A DNA stretch of 64,000 bases from Microgenomates group bacterium GW2011_GWC1_46_15 (GTDB lineage Bacteria > Patescibacteriota > Microgenomatia > UBA1400 > UBA12028): contig LCLX01000001.1 of the NCBI GenBank assembly GCA_001002285.1, positions 316,895-380,894 of the forward strand, given 5' to 3'. Positions 58,027 through 64,000 of this stretch are shown here, one piece after another. How positions within the stretch are numbered: position 1 is the first letter of the stretch; every line of letters starts with the position of its first letter. Under the pieces are notes generated by a model. It searched no databases, had not been told where the DNA came from, and saw nothing but the letters and a program-made list of their open reading frames with translations. The position numbers and the translations under genes were made by a program.

Positions 58027-59505
58027 TTATTTCGCGACTTGTTTTGTTTTATACACCGTAATTGCATCGTTGATTTTCACCGTTTCTAGAATAGTAAGGT
58101 GTTTTGCGACACGGTCCCACCACGGATCAAAAAACTGTTTGTGGTCGAACTTTTCAACAATCAAGATAATAAACTCCGGCTTTTGTGTGTTTGCTGGAAC
58201 GTGCTTCTGTGGGATATATGTGATCTCCCCCGGAGCGTAACTAAACTCAGTAGGAAGCGGTTTCCCTTTTAGATTTTCTGTTAGGTACAGCAGTTGGTAT
58301 GTGTAGTCATAAATCTCAGGAACGAATTGGTATGAAGAAAATGGTTTGCCATCACTCATTGCATACGCGGTTTCAATAGCTTTGAGCTTTGGAGCCAGTA
58401 GAATACGATCGGTTTGTGCGAGAGAACGATAGTTCTGCCAAGATCCATACATACTCCCCACGCTCAAAATAAGAAATGCTATCACGATGTGAGGTTTATA
58501 CTTTGGAATAACAGACTCAACTGCTTTTGAGAAAAGATAAATCCAAAGAGGGGTAAGCGCGACTAGATAATATGGTTTGATTGGAAGGTCTAAATAGAGA
58601 AGAAATGTTCCAGCAAGAATGAGAAGAAGAACGCGGTACTCATATACTTTGCGATTTTTATAGAGAAAGAATAATACAAGCAAAACGCTTGCAACGGACA
58701 ACGCCATATTTGCTAAAGGAAGCGTGCTTAAGTGGATGTTGTCATAAAAGTACCGCGCAACCTCGACAATTCTGGCAGGTCCATCACTATTCGGTTGAAT
58801 GATTGCTGATTGTTCACGGTAGCGTGTTACAAAGTTCATAACGGCGCGGGTCTGCAGAAAATCATGACGGAGTTCAAACATCGCGGAAGGGGCGAGTGTT
58901 ATAAAGAAAGCAACGCACATCAAAACGAATTGTTTGAGTTGCATCTTCATTTTTGAAAGGAAGAGCAAAACGATCACAAGCGGGAGAAACACAATCGCAA
59001 ACGCCACTTCAAAATGGAACATAAGAGAAGAAAAAAACGCGATGCCCATAAGAACCCAAGTGTTGGCATATTTTCCAGATTTCAACTTTTTCAAAAGCAA
59101 AAAAACCGGCAAAGTACAAAAGGAAGTCATATACGGAGTCCACGCGGTTTGTTGACTCGCTATGACGCTAATAGATACAGCATACAAAAAAGCGGAAAAC
59201 CTTCCGACGTACCGGTAAAACACATACAGCGTAATAAGTGAGAGGAACAAGACACCAACAACGCTTGCAAGCGGGTGAAAACCGCCGAGGATATTAAACG
59301 GAAGGGCAATGTAGTACCACGCGGGGCCGTAAAAAAGACCGCTGATGCTTGTCGTCGGGCCAACCAATGCCGGTTTGTGCTGAAGATACATCTCCAACAT
59401 GACTAATGAGTCTTTTGCGCCGTCAAACATAAAGGGAAAGTTTCCACCAAGAATAGGAACAATACGGAGAGCAAGTGCAAAAAGAGCGAGAAGGATAAAC
59501 ACCAT
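58027..59505 (-). CDS. GT-C glycosyltransferase (DQ.RD-like subfamily)
   Basis: FDGAKD, LVGPTTS, FYGPAWYY, FHFE, FELRH; polytopic. Confidence 0.78.
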   Translation of the reverse strand: MVFILLALFALALRIVPILGGNFPFMFDGAKDSLVMLEMYLQHKPALVGPTTSISGLFYGPAWYYIALPFNILGGFHPLASVVGVLFLSLITLYVFYRYVGRFSAFLYAVSISVIASQQTAWTPYMTSFCTLPVFLLLKKLKSGKYANTWVLMGIAFFSSLMFHFEVAFAIVFLPLVIVLLFLSKMKMQLKQFVLMCVAFFITLAPSAMFELRHDFLQTRAVMNFVTRYREQSAIIQPNSDGPARIVEVARYFYDNIHLSTLPLANMALSVASVLLVLFFLYKNRKVYEYRVLLLILAGTFLLYLDLPIKPYYLVALTPLWIYLFSKAVESVIPKYKPHIVIAFLILSVGSMYGSWQNYRSLAQTDRILLAPKLKAIETAYAMSDGKPFSSYQFVPEIYDYTYQLLYLTENLKGKPLPTEFSYAPGEITYIPQKHVPANTQKPEFIILIVEKFDHKQFFDPWWDRVAKHLTILETVKINDAITVYKTKQVAK

Positions 59506-59578
59506 ACGTCAAGAGTATCTCACGTGTTTTCCTTTGCTACAAGCCATCGGAAGAACAGATTGATCCATTAAGATCATG

Positions 59579-59607
59579 TTGATTTTTCCACGCACACTGC
59601 GTATGCT
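59579..59607 (+). promoter_or_regulatory. Sigma70-type promoter
   Basis: TTGATT-17 bp-TATGCT. Confidence 0.7.
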
Positions 59608-59612
59608 CATCT

Positions 59613-59771
59613 TCCGTTCACTTCAGTGCACAGTGGACATCTCCCCTATTCGTCACTTGCGCGCAAACAAGCATGCGACAAGTGTCCACACCAACGAATA
59701 CGCACATCGTACACACGAACTGTCCCCTTGGGGACACCAATCGTCCCCCTCTGGGACAAGAAAGGAACGTC
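59613..59771 (+). promoter_or_regulatory. Structured 5' leader RNA, copy B
   Basis: Stems 59616-22/59632-38, 59647-53/59694-700 and 59654-59/59679-84; two GTCCC/GGGAC hairpins at 59721-36 and 59743-57; then AAGAAAGG. Confidence 0.7.
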
Positions 59772-60137
59772 ATGCTTACTTTAGGAGATAAAAAGTGGAT
59801 TAAGGCATATTTTGATGGGTCGTTTGACCGCAAATTTCCCTCAGCCTTCGATAAATCTTTCGATAAATCCTTCGATAAAGCCTTTAAACCAGCCTTTAAA
59901 GAAGCCTTTGGAGAAGTCCATATCTTGCTCCGCAATGATATCGCTCAGTTTAAAGATGATATTCTCACAGAACTTCATCCCCTGCGGGAAGATCATGATG
60001 TTCTCTCATATCATTCATCCGAGCACTCAGATCAACTGGAGAACCATGACCGCCGTATTACCGCGTTGGAGCGCCACAATCCCCGTTCGCCAGTAGCCGC
60101 TGTTTCAGAAAAAGTACGGTTGAAGTACAAAGCGTAA
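59772..60137 (+). CDS. Small Phe-tetrad-repeat/coiled-coil protein
   Basis: Start behind AAGAAAGG; nine FxxX units; C-terminal heptads HSDQLENHDRRITALE. Confidence 0.8.
   Translation: MLTLGDKKWIKAYFDGSFDRKFPSAFDKSFDKSFDKAFKPAFKEAFGEVHILLRNDIAQFKDDILTELHPLREDHDVLSYHSSEHSDQLENHDRRITALERHNPRSPVAAVSEKVRLKYKA
59847..59906 (+). repeat. 12-bp tandem repeat inside the ORF
   Basis: TTCGATAAATCT TTCGATAAATCC TTCGATAAAGCC TTTAAACCAGCC TTTAAAGAAGCC. Confidence 0.9.
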
Positions 60138-60152
60138 GACAAAACATAATCC

Positions 60153-60167
60153 ATCAGATGCTACAAT
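60153..60167 (+). repeat. 15-bp direct repeat, copy 1 (contains extended -10 TGCTACAAT)
   Basis: ATCAGATGCTACAAT, identical to 60849-60863. Confidence 0.85.
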
Positions 60168-60185
60168 GGCAGTATACTAAGAAGT

Positions 60186-60845
60186 ATGTACCGCAAAGTG
60201 ATATCCCGGATAAATAAGAGTTACTATCTTCACAAACTAAGTGAACCGATTCGCACATTCACCGTGCGGGGGAAACTGTATCGTTATTTTTGTCACCGGT
60301 ACAACACAACATGGTTAAATGAGCGCGCAGTTGAGGTGCCGCTCATATGGTCTGAAGTGCAGCGTTACCCAAACGATCAAGTTCTTGAAGTTGGGAATGT
60401 TTTGTCACATTATTTCCCGACTACTCATCAAGTCGTTGATAAATACGAAACTGCTCCAAAAGTTATGAATCAAGACATTGTTAAATTTCATTCCAAGAAA
60501 AAATTTATGCTTATTGTAAGCATTTCGACCCTAGAACATGTTGGTTGGGACGAATCGCCCCGCGATAAACAGAAAATACTTACTGCCATAAAGGTATTAA
60601 TGCGTTTGTTGCGTCCGGGAGGCACATTGATTATGACATTACCATTAGGATACAATCCTCATTTGGATCAATATCTTCGAACAAATACATTACATTTTGA
60701 TACATCACTCTTTTTAAAACGTACTTCCGCTTTTAACACTTGGCGTGAAGTGAGTAAGCATGTTTTGGAAGAGCATCCTCAGTATAATCACCCTTTTCAA
60801 AATGCCAACGTCATTGTCATCGGTACGTATCGAAAAGAACTATAG
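60186..60845 (+). CDS. Methyltransferase-fold protein (DUF268-like)
   Basis: NERAVEVP, VLEVGN, SISTLEHVG, LLRPGGTLIMTLP. Confidence 0.7.
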   Translation: MYRKVISRINKSYYLHKLSEPIRTFTVRGKLYRYFCHRYNTTWLNERAVEVPLIWSEVQRYPNDQVLEVGNVLSHYFPTTHQVVDKYETAPKVMNQDIVKFHSKKKFMLIVSISTLEHVGWDESPRDKQKILTAIKVLMRLLRPGGTLIMTLPLGYNPHLDQYLRTNTLHFDTSLFLKRTSAFNTWREVSKHVLEEHPQYNHPFQNANVIVIGTYRKEL

Positions 60846-60848
60846 TTG

Positions 60849-60863
60849 ATCAGATGCTACAAT
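60849..60863 (+). repeat. 15-bp direct repeat, copy 2 (promoter of the GT2 at 60870)
   Basis: ATCAGATGCTACAAT, then 6 nt, then ATG. Confidence 0.85.
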
Positions 60864-60869
60864 ACGCGC

Positions 60870-61529
60870 ATGCGGATTGTTGTTATTATCCCTGGCTACA
60901 ACGAGGAAAAATACCTTGAAGAAACACTGAGGGGGGTGTTAAAGGTAACTAAAGACGTTATCTATGTTGATGATGGTTCTTCGGACTCTTCTGTGTCTAT
61001 CGCGAAAAAATATCTTACACATGTGTTGGTACACGAAACAAATCTTGGCAAAGGAGCGGCGCTCAAAACGGGATGCGAGTACGCGTTTTCACACCTCAAA
61101 GCAGATGCGGTAGTGTTTATGGACTCGGATAATCAACACAGAGCATCAGATCTTCCCCGCTTTTTTTCAGAGTTAAAAAAGGGAACTCCCGTCGTGTTTG
61201 GTGTGCGTAAGTTTGGTTCCGCGACACCGTTGATGCGTTTTCTCGGCAATAAGTTTGCGTCGGTGCTCATGAGTTTCCTTTATAGGCGATACATTCCAGA
61301 CATTCCGTCTGGCTATAAAGCGATGAATAAATCCGCATATAAAGAATTAGTGTGGAATTCCGCTGGGTATGAGGTAGAAATGGAGATTGCGGTCCGTGTG
61401 GTTCAAAAAAAAATAAAGTACACAGAAATTGAGATTGAGGCGATCTATCACGATAATGACAAAGGGATGACGGCGATTGATGCCCTGCACATCGCAAAAT
61501 GTTTGCTACAATGGAGAATAGGTCTATAA
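60870..61529 (+). CDS. GT2, polyprenol-phosphate sugar (GlcNAc/Glc) synthase-like
   Basis: IPGYNEE, VDDGSSD, NLGKGAALKTG, MDSDNQH, DIPSGYK; followed by a DUF2304-like gene. Confidence 0.88.
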   Translation: MRIVVIIPGYNEEKYLEETLRGVLKVTKDVIYVDDGSSDSSVSIAKKYLTHVLVHETNLGKGAALKTGCEYAFSHLKADAVVFMDSDNQHRASDLPRFFSELKKGTPVVFGVRKFGSATPLMRFLGNKFASVLMSFLYRRYIPDIPSGYKAMNKSAYKELVWNSAGYEVEMEIAVRVVQKKIKYTEIEIEAIYHDNDKGMTAIDALHIAKCLLQWRIGL

Positions 61530-61537
61530 GGAGAGTT

Positions 61538-61861
61538 ATGATTCCACTTCAGGCAATTTCCGTCATTTTCGCTCTTTTCATGTTATATATCGCGCGGATT
61601 CATCACAAAAAAGAACATATTGAAACATTTGAGTATGTGTTATGGGCATTTATCTGGGTTGCATTTATGTTTGCCGCGATTTTTCCACAGACGTTCCAGG
61701 GAATTGCTGAAACACTCAATATTTCACGCGTCTTTGATTTGCTTGTCATTATTGGCATGATGATTCTTACATTCCTCACATTTCAAAACAGAATTTACTT
61801 CAAAAGATTAGAAAAAAAGTTAGAGAATGTAATAAGAAAAAGGGCGATTGATGAAGGGTAA
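61538..61861 (+). CDS. DUF2304-family small membrane protein
   Basis: Three TM helices, FP...IAETLNISRVFDL, C-terminal LEKKLENVIRKRAI; SD AAGGAG. Confidence 0.8.
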   Translation: MIPLQAISVIFALFMLYIARIHHKKEHIETFEYVLWAFIWVAFMFAAIFPQTFQGIAETLNISRVFDLLVIIGMMILTFLTFQNRIYFKRLEKKLENVIRKRAIDEG

Positions 61862-62858
61862 GATTCTTATTACAGGTGCGGCAGGTTTTATCGGAAGCAA
61901 TCTCGTTGATCTTCTTCTTCAAGAAAAAGTCCCAGTGAACGAACTACGATTGTTTGTGTACAACGATGAGTCGCTAGAGAATTTACCCGATTTGCCATTC
62001 GATATTGTGCGTGGGGACATCCGCGACAAACAAACGGTAAACCGTGCGATGGATGGAGTTAAAACGGTATACCATTTAGCAGCGCGGATAGATTTTGATG
62101 GAAAAACATACGAAGAATATGAAGATGTGAACGTGGAAGGAACGCAGAATCTTCTTGATGCATGCCGTGGTAAAAAGATTCAAAAGTTTGTTTTTTTTAG
62201 TAGTATCGGAGTGTTTGGTATGCCGGCAGATACTGGAGATATTCTTGGCTGGGACGAAACACATCCAAAAACGTATACAAACTTTTATGGTAGATCAAAG
62301 TGGGAGGGTGAACAGCGCGTGATGAAGGCGCACAAGCAATGGGGGCTTCCATATGTGATTGTGCGTCCCGCGAGCGTGTATGGTCCCAGAGAAAAAGGTC
62401 CAACATTAGCGCTATATAAGGCGATAAAACATCATGCGTTTGCAATGATCGGAGGCGGAAAAAACGTGATGCATTATGTGTATGTTAAAGATCTCGTAAG
62501 AGGGGTTCGGCAAGCCCAGTTGAGCAAAAAAACATTGGGAAATTATATTCTTGCCGGCGCCGAACCAACACAATTTCGCGATGTTGTCCGTTATGTTGCC
62601 GAAAGTATCAACGAACACGTTCCTCCGTGGCACATTCCCGTGCCAGCTGCGCTCGTGTTGGGATACGGTTTGGGAGCAGTAGGCCGCGCTACAGGAATAA
62701 AACCTCCGCTGTTTCCCTCAAGGGTAAGAACGATGACGACAAGCTATTACTACTCAATCGAAAAAGCAAAAAGGGAGATCCATTATCACCCCGAAACATC
62801 ATTTCAGCAGGGGACACGCGTAACTGGAGCATGGTATCTTGAGCACCACTCTCTATAA
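61851..62858 (+). CDS. NAD-dependent epimerase/dehydratase (extended SDR)
   Basis: TGAAGFIGS, GDIRD, YHLAA, NVEGT, YGRSK, RPASVYGP. Confidence 0.88.
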   Translation: MKGKILITGAAGFIGSNLVDLLLQEKVPVNELRLFVYNDESLENLPDLPFDIVRGDIRDKQTVNRAMDGVKTVYHLAARIDFDGKTYEEYEDVNVEGTQNLLDACRGKKIQKFVFFSSIGVFGMPADTGDILGWDETHPKTYTNFYGRSKWEGEQRVMKAHKQWGLPYVIVRPASVYGPREKGPTLALYKAIKHHAFAMIGGGKNVMHYVYVKDLVRGVRQAQLSKKTLGNYILAGAEPTQFRDVVRYVAESINEHVPPWHIPVPAALVLGYGLGAVGRATGIKPPLFPSRVRTMTTSYYYSIEKAKREIHYHPETSFQQGTRVTGAWYLEHHSL

Positions 62859-62869
62859 CGATCATCACT

Positions 62870-63904
62870 ATGAAACATCCTAAAATTTCCGTTATTATCG
62901 TTACACATAACTCTGAGGCATACATTCGGCAATGTTTGGACGCTTTACTTCGTGTAACATACAAACCAATTGACATCTACGTGATTGACAACGTTTCAAC
63001 AGATAACACAACGCGCATACTAAACACATATAAACGAATTCATGCAACGTATCTCACAAAAAATATCGGGTTTGCAGAAGCCAACAATCAAGTGTGGAAC
63101 ACTATTCATGATGAGTATGTGTGCTTACTAAATCCAGACACAGTTGTAGAAAAATCATTTTTCGAATCTCCTCTTGCTGAAATGGAAAAAAATCCGCGTG
63201 TAGGAGCATGCCAGCCAATTGTGTATCTTCTTAAAGATAAAAATACCATCAATCTTACGGGAAAGAAAACACACTTTTTAGGATTTGATTGGATCGCGGG
63301 GTACAAAACAACTCGTGTTCCAATGCAACAGGAAATCACATCGTTTTCCGGATCAGGAGTGCTTTTGCGGTCGTCCGCGCTTCGTGATGTTGGATTTTTC
63401 GACCCATCGTACTTTATGTATTACGAAGATAGTGATTTGGCGTGGAGGATGCGTATGCGTGGATGGAGCATTATGTTTATCCCGCAAAGCAAAATGTTCC
63501 ACGACTACAAATACATGCCGGAGAAAGGAGGACTACATTTTTCAGAAAAGATCTTTTTCAACGAAAGAAATCGACTGATGACCGTGCTGAAAAATTATTC
63601 GTTGTGGACATTGATCTTAATACTTCCCGCTTTTCTTGCAACAGAACTTGGCCTTTTGGTGGTCGCTCTTTTGCAGGGATGGTTTCGTGCAAAGATCCGC
63701 AGTTACTTTTCTCTTTTCATTATGCTTCCTTCTATTTTGAAAAAACGTTCTCTGGCGCAAAAACAAAGAACAGCGCAAGATCGTGATATTGGTCAAGGAT
63801 TTGAAACTGCTATTACGTTTGAAAAGTTCCAGCACCCCCTCGTGCGGTATATCGCAAACCCAATACTCAAGTGGTATTGGGGAATAATTCGACATATCAT
63901 ATAA
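62870..63904 (+). CDS. GT2 glycosyltransferase (rhamnosyltransferase-like)
   Basis: DNVSTD, NIGFAEANN, LLNPD, FMYYEDSDLAWR, ERNR. Confidence 0.9.
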   Translation: MKHPKISVIIVTHNSEAYIRQCLDALLRVTYKPIDIYVIDNVSTDNTTRILNTYKRIHATYLTKNIGFAEANNQVWNTIHDEYVCLLNPDTVVEKSFFESPLAEMEKNPRVGACQPIVYLLKDKNTINLTGKKTHFLGFDWIAGYKTTRVPMQQEITSFSGSGVLLRSSALRDVGFFDPSYFMYYEDSDLAWRMRMRGWSIMFIPQSKMFHDYKYMPEKGGLHFSEKIFFNERNRLMTVLKNYSLWTLILILPAFLATELGLLVVALLQGWFRAKIRSYFSLFIMLPSILKKRSLAQKQRTAQDRDIGQGFETAITFEKFQHPLVRYIANPILKWYWGIIRHII

Positions 63905-63906
63905 CT

Positions 63907-64000
63907 ATGAACATCGCCGTAACAGGTTTTTCCGGCTTATTGGGTCGCACGTTGCAAGATTGTTGGCATGGAGACGACATTTTTGTTGATATGTACCATC
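63907..64000 (+). CDS. SDR/RmlD-like reductase, N-terminus only (runs off the window)
   Basis: MNIAVTGFSGLLG Rossmann motif. Confidence 0.7.
   Translation, partial: MNIAVTGFSGLLGRTLQDCWHGDDIFVDMYH

Noticed and set aside
59520-59571. Short frame VFSFATSHRKNRLIH* as a possible stranded gene end
   Set aside because: No matching gene terminus was found in the window
59811-59918. 12-bp repeats considered as a CRISPR or iteron array
   Set aside because: No spacers, in-frame coding periodicity, and no cas or rep genes
56021-60137. Diversity-generating retroelement or retron explanation for the repeats and the RNA
   Set aside because: No reverse transcriptase in the window, and the differences are synonymous rather than adenine-specific
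103-63895. Numerous antisense or alternate-frame ORFs of 60-200 aa
   Set aside because: They are shadows of well-supported genes, with no motifs or expression signals
1-64000. tRNA, rRNA, integron attC sites and IS elements
   Set aside because: No cloverleaf/T-loop signatures, shared attC cores, terminal inverted repeats or transposase motifs were seen by eye

Overview
This is a gene-dense bacterial window read with code 11. Gene content, minimal spacers and leaderless starts suggest a Patescibacteria/CPR (Microgenomates-like) genome; that placement is an inference. After a lon 3' end, a polyprenyl synthase and an RRM protein, almost all of the window (~2.2-64 kb) is one cell-surface glycosylation region. 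It holds an LCP ligase, rfbBCD, ugd (split by a 475-aa LAGLIDADG intein at the catalytic Cys), gmd/rmd, galE and a Wzx flippase. It also holds about 18 polytopic GT-C-type glycosyltransferase ORFs, 5 polyprenol-phosphate-sugar synthase-like GT2s, 6 other GT2s and 2 GT4s. Unrelated passenger genes are interspersed: a CPBP protease, an AadA-like nucleotidyltransferase, pip, an IMPase, speD and methyltransferases. The most unusual signals are three. (1) Three inserted cassettes are flanked by duplicated pieces of the neighbouring gene: two diverged 3' gene ends and one exact promoter repeat. (2) Two copies of a sigma70 promoter plus a ~150-nt structured RNA leader with compensatory base changes drive a small Phe-tetrad-repeat protein. 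(3) Many genes have a self-contained -10 box 6-8 nt before the ATG. I saw no rRNA, tRNA, CRISPR array, integrase or transposase. Family assignments are by motif recognition, not database searches.
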